This document shows positions 52,929 through 61,481 of a stretch of DNA of 64,000 bases, one piece after another. The DNA lies in NCBI GenBank assembly GCA_963807605.1, contig CAWECG010000003.1:928001-992000 (forward strand), written 5' to 3'. This stretch comes from Candidatus Bathyarchaeota archaeon. GTDB taxonomy: Archaea > Thermoproteota > Bathyarchaeia > 40CM-2-53-6 > RBG-13-38-9. A program made the translations under genes and the position numbers. The notes beneath the pieces are model-generated. The model was not told where the DNA came from and made no database searches. It worked only from the letters and a program-made list of their open reading frames with translations. Every line of letters starts with the position of its first letter. Position 1 is the stretch's first letter.

Positions 52929-53387
52929 GTGATGAGTGAATTGGCAGAAACTGAATCGAGTTATCCGCACATTGGCAGCATCTTGATATTGGTGGGCGGA
53001 ATCTTGGCAATTGTTGTCTCAGCAATGCGTGCGGTTTTCATGTTTGTAGGAAGAGCGTTACGGCCACGTATTGCGAGGCCGATGGTCTTGCAGAGACCAG
53101 GTCAAAGTGCTCCGGCTGTTGTCGGTATGGCCAGATGGGGTTACGGTTTTATGTTTATTGGTGCGATAGTAACCATTGTACTGGGAATAATCGCGATCTA
53201 CGCTTACACTCGCGTCAAGAATGGGAAAGTGCAAAATGGGGGATTAATCGCCATCGTAGTCGGCACCATAATGGTGGTGAGCACTCACTGGTTAGCGGGC
53301 ATTCTAACCTTGGTTGGAGGGATTCTCTGTTACACGTGGAGGAAAGCAGAACCCCCTGCTTCTTCTTCAAAACCGTCTTCATCTTGA
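52929..53387 (+). CDS. Multi-pass membrane protein
   Basis: ILILVGGIL...3-4 TMs...AGILTLVGGIL. Confidence 0.7.
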   Translation: MMSELAETESSYPHIGSILILVGGILAIVVSAMRAVFMFVGRALRPRIARPMVLQRPGQSAPAVVGMARWGYGFMFIGAIVTIVLGIIAIYAYTRVKNGKVQNGGLIAIVVGTIMVVSTHWLAGILTLVGGILCYTWRKAEPPASSSKPSSS

Positions 53388-53541
53388 AGACAGTCCGGTT
53401 TCAAGCGGATGCACCAACGGATACACACATCAAAAAGAATCAGTTCAAATTTGTCCGCTCGCACCACCTGACCCACACACAAATAACCTCCTCCGGTGGT
53501 TCAAATTATGGTGCTCTGATCAGCTAGGGCACACATACCTT

Positions 53542-53730
53542 GTTCAAATGTTCATTCAGATAGGGACTAAAACAGGCACTGTTTTTGGAGTATTGACTAC
53601 TAAATCTTCAATACTGCCCAATAGTAATAGCATATTTTAACTGGTTCTGTAGCAACTACTGCTTTTGAACATTTGAACAGAACTGTGAACATTTGAACAA
53701 AGCAGTGAACGTTTGAACGTTAGTCTGAAC
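53542..53730. repeat. Iteron-like repeats TGAACRTTTGAAC, 20-bp period, plus one inverted copy
   Basis: Direct copies 53666-53678, 53686-53698, 53706-53718, partial 53726-53730; exact reverse complement at 53542-53554. Confidence 0.85.
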
Positions 53731-53926
53731 GGAGTCAACCATAGCTGGTGAGCACCACCACCAAGATAGAATGGCTCGCTTCGCTCACTGCGAGAAAAAA
53801 CTGGAGCGATCTCGCGCCAAATCGTATAGATAATGAACATGCTAGAGGATCGATGTGATTCAATTGAGCAATCCCTAATAATTGCCTACTCACACCTAAG
53901 CTAAGAAAGACTTTGGAGTATCGAAG

Positions 53927-54424
53927 ATGAGCGGCGTTGAGTCTCGTTCTGTAGAGCTTTTTCAAACAGTCCTAGTGCCGGTTTTGCTGATCAACGGTGT
54001 CGGCCTGTTCCTTCTGGTATTGCAGACCAGATACGGAAGAATCGTTGACAGAATGAGAACACTAACCCATGAACGACGCAATATCGTCAAGAGCAAGATC
54101 TTGAGTCGTTCGGAGATCGAGAAGACCTGGGATCAGAACCGCTTGTCTGACATAGATGAACAGATGAAAATACTTGTCAGGCGCGGTAAACTGTTGAAGG
54201 ACGCTTTGAAGTACATGTTCATAGCCATATTCGCGTCTATAATAGCGCCTTTCCTCTTGCTTATCGAAATGCTAACCACGGTAAAGCTGACATTAGTTTT
54301 TTTGTTTCTGCTATTATTTGTGATGATCATGCTGTTTGTCGCAGGCATAAATGGAATAAGAGAAGTGACCAGTTCCTACACTGCAGTCATGTTTGACATT
54401 GACACGCATGCGCTTGAAGGATAG
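53927..54424 (+). CDS. DUF2721-family membrane protein
   Basis: PVLLINGVGLFLL..QTRYGRIVDRMR, QMKILVRRGKLL..AL, two C-terminal TMs. Confidence 0.8.
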   Translation: MSGVESRSVELFQTVLVPVLLINGVGLFLLVLQTRYGRIVDRMRTLTHERRNIVKSKILSRSEIEKTWDQNRLSDIDEQMKILVRRGKLLKDALKYMFIAIFASIIAPFLLLIEMLTTVKLTLVFLFLLLFVMIMLFVAGINGIREVTSSYTAVMFDIDTHALEG

Positions 54425-55333
54425 AATAGAAGGCGAGCGCACTCCTACCTGCCTTACCTCGCACCACCATCACAGACGATTCTACGTAGGGCGCACTAAG
54501 ATTGGGCAACAACACGCGCTCTCATATGTAGTATGCAGGTCTTGCATACTATAGTTCGCTGTTTTATATACTGTTTAAAGCCTGCAGGTATCGTTTACAA
54601 ACTTCTATTAGACTTACTTCTTTTTTACGAATAATATTATTTCTTCTTCTATTATGCAGAAAATAGGTAATTTTTCTATTAGAAATTTACACCTTTACTT
54701 CTTATCTGGTGTCTGTAGCCTATGCTTGTTTACTCGTTTACTTCTTTACCTCTTTTTTCTACCTTGGTTTTCCTTTCCACTATTAGCACTTACCGTTTAG
54801 ATGCAAATTACACCGTTACCTCTGCAAGCGTAGCGAGCAGTCATCATTATGGTGGTGGTGAGTGTATCCTTTGGTGAGAGGGATATTACATAGTAGCTGT
54901 TTTCTGGGGTCAATATGGGAGTGTCTAGGCTAGTACAAGGGCTAATGGGTTAGGGATATGGGGATAGTCGGGGAGAATGATATTCTCCGTACTACTATCC
55001 TCCCCCTACTTTGTACTACTCTAGTATTCAACATAGGTAATTGGAATAGTACATGTCAAGACTACTCAAGTAGTACTATTCCCTGGGCTATCCCCCATTA
55101 TCCGTCTGCACAAATGACATTATCCTTCGTTATCCCAAGTTCTCTGGTACATTGTCCTTTCTTAGGTGACTGTATGGACCGTGGAATTGAGGAAGTTCTA
55201 CGAGAATTACTTAGCTTGGCAGGAAAGAAGCCCTATGCAATGATGACTTGCGCTCACCCGATAAGGCACGCACAAAAAAATAGTTTACTCTAAGTGCGCT
55301 CGCGCTTCAGAGGGTTGAATTTTTGCAAGTAGA

Positions 55334-56491
55334 TTACAATGTGCGCCGAAACGCGATTACGGCCAATGCCACCATCAACCCAGTGAAGACTGCTAGGAAA
55401 ATGAAATCACCTGCAACCGCTTGAAACTCAGCCCGCTTGTACATTAACAGCCGTAGGGCATGGATAGCGTAGGTTTCCGGGTTGATTACCGAGATTGCCT
55501 TCATCCACGTCGGCATTCCATCCAGCGGATATAACGCGCCGCTCGTGTAATATAGAGTCAAATTGATTGGAAAACATGTAACCCTATACAGATCGGCAGC
55601 CGTAGATCTAACAGCGTATGCAGTCATCATCGCGATGAGGCCCAGTGATGTCAGAAATAGGGTGAACATTGTGAGTACTATTCCTGACAGGTTTGGGTTT
55701 GGGAATATGTTCGTGGGGCGAATGCCGGTCAGTACGACGGCTAATACGAACAATGCTACCGCTGAGAAGAGGGCTTTGATGACGCCTGAAAGTAGAACGC
55801 CGATGACAATTTCATATTTCTTCAAAGGCGTAACTAAGTATCCCTCGATTATTCCCCTCTCTTTATCGACTACGAGTTGTACACCGCCCGCGATGATTGA
55901 GACGAACATGATCGACTGAACAAATGTTCCCGGTGCCATAAAATCAATGTACCTGACATATCTATATGCGAACCCCAAATCGACAGTCATAGTCGGGCTG
56001 TCTGGGACTGATGTCTGGATTAGGGGTGATAGCTGCTGGCCTGCCTGCGCAACTTCGGATCCAATAGCGGCCGTACTTAAGGGATCAGTATTATCCAACG
56101 TTACTGTTACGAAGACTTTTGAGTTTTTAGTTAATGAATCATCAAATCCCAAGGGAATATGGACGATCGCCTTAACTAGGCCTTCGTGTAGCATTTGCTG
56201 CGCCGTATCCAGATCGGGAACGTCTATTAGTTTGAACGAATTCTGACAATTTACTCCACCGAGTTCACAGCTCTGCTCATTCCGTAAGTATTCAACGAAA
56301 TTTGATGAATATGGACCATAACTTTCACGCACCACCGCGATTGGTGCATGCGTTATTGCTCCTCCAAACGCGCTCCCGAGCAAGATCAGCGTCAGTAATG
56401 GTCCAACAATGGTCGATATCATAAGCATTGGTTGCCTCAAGAATTTGAGGACATCACGTAGACATATGGCTAAGCTGCCGCTGCCCTTCAT
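55334..56491 (-). CDS. ABC-2 type exporter permease
   Basis: DKERGIIEGYLVTP, SGALYPLDGMPTWM..ISVINP.TYAIHALR. Confidence 0.92.
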   Translation of the reverse strand: MKGSGSLAICLRDVLKFLRQPMLMISTIVGPLLTLILLGSAFGGAITHAPIAVVRESYGPYSSNFVEYLRNEQSCELGGVNCQNSFKLIDVPDLDTAQQMLHEGLVKAIVHIPLGFDDSLTKNSKVFVTVTLDNTDPLSTAAIGSEVAQAGQQLSPLIQTSVPDSPTMTVDLGFAYRYVRYIDFMAPGTFVQSIMFVSIIAGGVQLVVDKERGIIEGYLVTPLKKYEIVIGVLLSGVIKALFSAVALFVLAVVLTGIRPTNIFPNPNLSGIVLTMFTLFLTSLGLIAMMTAYAVRSTAADLYRVTCFPINLTLYYTSGALYPLDGMPTWMKAISVINPETYAIHALRLLMYKRAEFQAVAGDFIFLAVFTGLMVALAVIAFRRTL

Positions 56492-57426
56492 TCCCGCAAA
56501 CTCCGACCTGTAAAGTTCAGGAATACATCATCCAGTGTAAGGTCACGAAGAGTAATGGTGCGGAGCTTTCCTCCATTTGAGTCAACGAGTTCAACTATCT
56601 TCGGAACTGCTTCCGGACCATTATTCACTAGAATCGTTAAGCCGCCGTCTCGCCTTTTGATTTCCAGAACGAAATTGGCATTCTCCAGAGCCTTGAGAGC
56701 GGTATCTGGAAGGGTTGAGAAGTCGGCTTCAACTATGTCACCGCCCGCAACTTTTCGCTTAAGCTCCGTTGGGGTTCCTAAGGCAACAATCTTACCGTAA
56801 TCTATGATTGCGAGTCTGTCGCAAAGATTTTCCGCTTCGTCTAGGTAATGGGTCGTGATTACGAGCGTGATGTCGTGGTCTTCATGTATCCTCTTAATGT
56901 AGTCCAATACGGCAGCACGAGCTTGCGGATCCAAGCCTGTGGTAGGTTCATCGAGGAATAGGATTTGAGGATCGTGCAGGAGGGCTCTCACTATTTCCAA
57001 GCGTCGTTTCATTCCACCTGAATAACCAGCTACGGGGATCTTGGCTCGGTCAGCTAACCCTACCACTTTGAGGAGTGCGGGTATTCGCTCTTGGCGTTGT
57101 TTGCGAGGCATCCCGTAATACATCCCGTAAAGATTCATGTTTTGCATTGCCGACAATTCAATGTCCAACGTTGATGCCTGTGTGACAACTCCTATTCGCT
57201 CACGCACCTTGTCTGCTTCCCGCAAAATATCAGCTCCCGCGACGGTAGCTGTACCCTCGGTAGGCGACATGACAGTTACCAACATACGTTGAAGAGTTGT
57301 CTTACCGGCACCGTTAGGCCCTATGAGTCCGAACACTTCATGCTTGATTTTAAGATTCAAATGATCGACTGCTATGAAGTCGCCGAATTTTTTCGTAATG
57401 CCAAAAGTCTGCACAGCTAGATCCAG
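56488..57426 (-). CDS. ABC exporter ATP-binding subunit (DrrA-like)
   Basis: GPNGAGKTT, YSGGMKRRLE, LFLDEPTTGLDP; start uncertain (CTG 57426, GTG 57414, or ATG 57439 with one extra base). Confidence 0.93.
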   Translation of the reverse strand: MDLAVQTFGITKKFGDFIAVDHLNLKIKHEVFGLIGPNGAGKTTLQRMLVTVMSPTEGTATVAGADILREADKVRERIGVVTQASTLDIELSAMQNMNLYGMYYGMPRKQRQERIPALLKVVGLADRAKIPVAGYSGGMKRRLEIVRALLHDPQILFLDEPTTGLDPQARAAVLDYIKRIHEDHDITLVITTHYLDEAENLCDRLAIIDYGKIVALGTPTELKRKVAGGDIVEADFSTLPDTALKALENANFVLEIKRRDGGLTILVNNGPEAVPKIVELVDSNGGKLRTITLRDLTLDDVFLNFTGRSLRE

Positions 57427-57799
57427 TGGGAGTCGCCATCCGGATTGTTTTCGAGATATTGTTCTATCTTGAGGATTTTTGGGGCTCGTTCTCTTAACGG
57501 GGCTTGAGTGCGTTAGCCTCGTCTTTTAGATATATCATTAGATCTCTCAACAGGTTGATGAATACCCCATCCCTTTCCGCCTTCTAAGTCTCCCTTGTGT
57601 TTATCCTCTCTAGCCAATGGAATGCAGAATCGATTCTTTTCTTGAAAGCCGGCCTCAAGAAAGTATTGGTGAGCGATCAATGGCAAGTCCATGATTCTGT
57701 CGCCCTCGTATGGTTCAGGCAGGTATGACTGCATCAAAGGCTACATAACCGTTGTCCCTCACGGTTTCATAGCAGTGTTTAGCCAGCTTCTTTAAGAAA

Positions 57800-58382
57800 C
57801 AAATGATCTTGTCGATGAGTATGAACTATTGTTAGAGTCCCGCCTGCGAGGAGAGAGGAGTTGTCTCATCTTGCCAAGGAGAGGCTAATCTATGATAAGC
57901 TCACTGTTGGCAGTACTCTGAGGATCCAGCATGTCAAACCTGACGGTTTGATCTTGGAACTGAGCGAAGGCCAGGTGCAGAGTTTCGAGGGCAGAACTCT
58001 GATGTTGCGCAGAAAGATCTTCGGCGATGGAAGATGCGATGGACTGGACGTTCCAAAGGCCAGTACAGACTATGCAGTGACGCCGGCAGAGGAGGGGTCG
58101 CCGATTCTTGGGCATTCATACTACTCACGTGGTGGAATGTCGAAGGGTGAGCTTTACAATATCTGCACGTCTATCGAGTTCTGCCCTGAGATAATCCGGT
58201 ATGTCAATCTTGAGATTGATGTGGTCAGAAGGGTTGGTGAGCTGCCTAAGGTGATCGATTCTGATAGACTTGACGGCGCTGTGGAGTCGGGATATGTAAG
58301 CAGTCATCTGGCTCAGACAGCCAAAGATACTGCTCGAAATTTTGCTAGGGAATTCTCACAGTCTGGAGCTTTAGGGCCTTAA
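57800..58382 (+). pseudogene. DUF402-domain (FAU-1-like RNA-binding/RNase) C-terminal portion
   Basis: IQHVKPDG....L..G, DGLDVPK, YNICTSIEF.P..IRYVNLEIDVV; upstream frame broken by stops. Confidence 0.6.
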
Positions 58383-58715
58383 GATATCTTCGTCGGAATC
58401 CTTCAAAGATATCTTGAGCGTCTTGAGTGGGACTTGAAACTCCATATCTTTGCCCTCCTCTAATCTTCTGATTATCATAGAGATATAATCACTATGCATC
58501 CTTGCGTAGAAGTAACAATGCGGGGTGTCTCTACTGAATGATACACTGTCTATCTTTCCGTCAACCAGCAAATCAAGGAGCTTGAATACCGGGAGGTCGT
58601 CTCTTGCCTTCATCAGGTATAGCGACTCAAGAACATAGTCGATGGTCGCATACTCAACTTTCTTCTTTGAAGACTTGATGTAGACCCTTGAGATGTCTGT
58701 TGTCCGTGTCATCAT
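58371..58715 (-). CDS. Hypothetical protein
   Basis: 114-aa ORF with GAGGG SD, coupled to the upstream small ORF. Confidence 0.6.
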   Translation of the reverse strand: MMTRTTDISRVYIKSSKKKVEYATIDYVLESLYLMKARDDLPVFKLLDLLVDGKIDSVSFSRDTPHCYFYARMHSDYISMIIRRLEEGKDMEFQVPLKTLKISLKDSDEDILRP

Positions 58716-58832
58716 CCGACCCTCTCTTTCATCTCCCTGACCGCTCGCTCAATATCTACCAAGCTTTGTCTGACCTCTGCCATCTGGGGTGTTTAGTTCA
58801 TCCAGTTGTCTGCTAATGGTCTCTGTCCTCAT
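58712..58832 (-). CDS. 39-aa coiled-coil peptide with a +1 base in a C4 run
   Basis: Removing one base at 58786-58789 yields MRTETISRQLDELNTQMAEVRQSLVDIERAVREMKERVG*, with ATGA overlap onto the next gene. Confidence 0.45.
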
Positions 58833-59028
58833 TGAGTTGAGTGAGATCTTCCTTTACAGGTTTACGCGCGCGCGCCTCTGCCAACCGCCACGAAGGCATC
58901 AGTCACTTGCCCTAACCCTTGGAGGCATCAACCGCCGGGGAGATTTAAAGGTTGATGATAGATTGCTGTAAAAAAGCAGAAGATATGGGGTGGGTCTATT
59001 CTTTGGCTTGACGCAGACCGTGTCAATA

Positions 59029-60225
59029 TTAGGCTGGGAGTTCCTCGATGGTAGCTTTGACTCTTTCCATGCCTTCCTTTATGTTCTCTAGACTCGTGGC
59101 GTATGAAAATCTCAAGTATCCTTCACCGTACTTTCCGAAGGCTGTTCCATGCACAGCCGCGACGTGAGCCTTGTTCAGGAGGTGAAGCATCAGCTCCTTC
59201 GACTTCATCCCAATCTTCTTGATGTTTGGAAAGACGTAGAAGGCTCCTGTCGGAGTTCTACAGGATATTCCTTTGATGGAGTTGAGGGCTTGGACTATCG
59301 CGTCCCTTCTCCTCTGGTACTCTCTGACCATCTGGCCTACTGAGTCTTGCGGGCCTCTCAATGCCTCAATCCCAGCCATTTGGCTGAAGGCCGCAGCGCA
59401 TGATGCTATGTTGACCTGTAGCTTAGTCATATTAGATATGACTTTAGCGTCACCTACCGCGTAGCCTAGGCGCCAACCTGTCATGGCATACGTCTTGGAG
59501 AAACCATGGACCATTATGGTCCTCTCCTTCATCCCTGGAACAGATAGCATGCTGTGGTGCTGGCCATCGTAGATGATCTTGGAGTAGATCTCGTCGGACA
59601 TCATCCAGAGGTTGTGCTTCTTCGCTATCTCAGCAAGCTCCTCAACCTCATTCTTCAAAAGACTTGATCCGCAAGGGTTGTGTGGAGAATTAAGTATGAG
59701 CAGCTTGGTCTTCTTCGTCACCTTCTTCCTGACATCAGCCGGGCTGAGTCGAAAATCATTCTGCTCTCTAAGAGGGATCGGCACAGGCTTGGCCCTCACA
59801 AGATTCACAACAGACTCATATATCGGGAAGGCCGGGTTGGGCATTATCACCTCGTCGCCGGGGTCTACAGTTGCGAGGATACCTGTGAAGAGTCCCGGTT
59901 TCGCCCCTGGCATGACCATGACTTCCTTCTCAGGATTTACGTCAACGTCGAAGTCGCTTGAGACATACTCTGCTATTGCTTGTCTGAGTTCAAGCAGTCC
60001 CGGGGCTGCTGTGTAATGTGTGTAGCCTGATGCCAGGGCCTTTCGTGCAGCCTCTTTGATATGTTCAGGCGTATCGAAGTCCGGTTCTCCCATCTCGAAG
60101 TGGGTGACTCGTGTCCCCGTCTTCTCGATCTCCTTGGCCATGGCGAATACTTCGAACGCGGTCTCTGTTCCAGTTCGATTCATCCTATCCGCGATGGAGG
60201 GTTGCTTAGTCTTCTTCATTGCCAT
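59029..60225 (-). CDS. Class I PLP-dependent (aspartate-type) aminotransferase
   Basis: GEPDFDTP, NSPHNPCG, SDEIY, FSKTYAMTGWRLGY, GYLRFSYA. Confidence 0.94.
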   Translation of the reverse strand: MAMKKTKQPSIADRMNRTGTETAFEVFAMAKEIEKTGTRVTHFEMGEPDFDTPEHIKEAARKALASGYTHYTAAPGLLELRQAIAEYVSSDFDVDVNPEKEVMVMPGAKPGLFTGILATVDPGDEVIMPNPAFPIYESVVNLVRAKPVPIPLREQNDFRLSPADVRKKVTKKTKLLILNSPHNPCGSSLLKNEVEELAEIAKKHNLWMMSDEIYSKIIYDGQHHSMLSVPGMKERTIMVHGFSKTYAMTGWRLGYAVGDAKVISNMTKLQVNIASCAAAFSQMAGIEALRGPQDSVGQMVREYQRRRDAIVQALNSIKGISCRTPTGAFYVFPNIKKIGMKSKELMLHLLNKAHVAAVHGTAFGKYGEGYLRFSYATSLENIKEGMERVKATIEELPA

Positions 60226-60312
60226 CTCAAACCTCTTTTTTCAGAAGGCGTTATCCATTATCTTGTCTATGCGTATGTGGGGTAAACCCAAACTGAAACG
60301 CAATTCGATTAT

Positions 60313-61329
60313 TTAAGTGTGATTAGGACAATCGCCGAAGAGCGTCGATAATTCGATCGTCATTCCAACCCTCTTCTCAGTAGCCTCCTTATAGACCAGC
60401 TTTGCAACGACTGCATCTTGTATGGCAAGACCTGTTGAGTCGAATATGGTTATCTCTTTTGGCGAAGTTCTGCCCTTCTTCTTGCCGGCAACGATCTCGC
60501 CCAGTTCGCAGTAGATGCCCTCTTTATCGATAAGTCCTTTGCTTGCTGGAACATTTACCTCTCCGCTATGCCAAGCTTGGTCCCAATCGTCGATCACGAC
60601 CTTAGACCTCTTTAGTATCGCTGGATCCAGCTCCTCTTTTCCAGGTGCATCGGCACCCATAGCATTAATGTGGGTACCTTCCTCAATCCATTCGCTCATT
60701 ACAATGGGCTTCCTGGATGGTGTGACTGTGCATATTATATCTCGATCCTGTGCAACCTCCTCAACACTCTGTGCACTCTCGATCTTCAAGTTAGGATATT
60801 CCCGTCCAGCTCTCTCCACAAACTTATTTCTGGTCTCTTCGTCTATGTCGTATACCTTGACCTCAGTCAGCTCCCTGATATGGTTAATGAATGCCAACTG
60901 TGTTCTCGCTTGAGCGCCTGCGCCAACTAATCCGAGCCTAGAGGCGCCTTCGTTTGCAAGGTATTTTGTTGCGACGCCGGCGGCGGCGCCCGTTCTTACG
61001 GCTGTCAATTTCGTTCCGTCCATTATCGCCTGAGGAGCCCCAGTCTTGGGGTCAATCAGGATGATGACTGCCATTACTGTGGGCAAATTGAACTTTCGGT
61101 TTTCTGGGTGGACATTGACTACTTTGACTGCTGATATGTCCATAGACTCCATGTAAGAAGGCATGACCCTTAGGTCTCCGTTATACTTCTCATAGTAGAG
61201 GTATGTCTTCGGCGGCATCTGGACCCTGCCAAGTCCCTTCTCCCGGAAAGCTTGCTCGACAACCTCAAGAACTTCGCTCACCTCGAGCAGAGGTTTGATG
61301 TCGCGGTCGGTTAAGAGAAGAATCTTCAA
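60313..61329 (-). CDS. ala: Alanine dehydrogenase (ornithine cyclodeaminase/mu-crystallin family)
   Basis: GDLRVMP, KVVNVHPEN, RTGAA, GAGAQA, GADAPGKEELD, FDSTGLAIQD. Confidence 0.88.
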   Translation of the reverse strand: MKILLLTDRDIKPLLEVSEVLEVVEQAFREKGLGRVQMPPKTYLYYEKYNGDLRVMPSYMESMDISAVKVVNVHPENRKFNLPTVMAVIILIDPKTGAPQAIMDGTKLTAVRTGAAAGVATKYLANEGASRLGLVGAGAQARTQLAFINHIRELTEVKVYDIDEETRNKFVERAGREYPNLKIESAQSVEEVAQDRDIICTVTPSRKPIVMSEWIEEGTHINAMGADAPGKEELDPAILKRSKVVIDDWDQAWHSGEVNVPASKGLIDKEGIYCELGEIVAGKKKGRTSPKEITIFDSTGLAIQDAVVAKLVYKEATEKRVGMTIELSTLFGDCPNHT

Positions 61330-61481
61330 GGTTGACTCTGGAAATCATTCTAGACTAGGTGATATAAGTTGTTGCTGACTGCTCGGAGTAACTTATCTAA
61401 TAAATTTCGCCCAAACTGGGAAAGATCTCCACTAGGATCATATAAAGAGCCCCGGCAGGCGGTTTGACTATTGGCAATACT

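Noticed and set aside
53666-53730. Mini-CRISPR
   Set aside because: 13-bp repeats with 7-bp spacers are far too short
55185-55240. GAGGAAGTTC resembling RNase P RNA conserved region I
   Set aside because: No matching P4 partner or GC-rich helices; it reads as a short ORF start (AGGTGA SD, ATG 55174)
54958-55293. 111-aa ORF in track
   Set aside because: Overlaps the inverted-repeat tract and has atypical composition; probably spurious apart from a possible short 3' ORF
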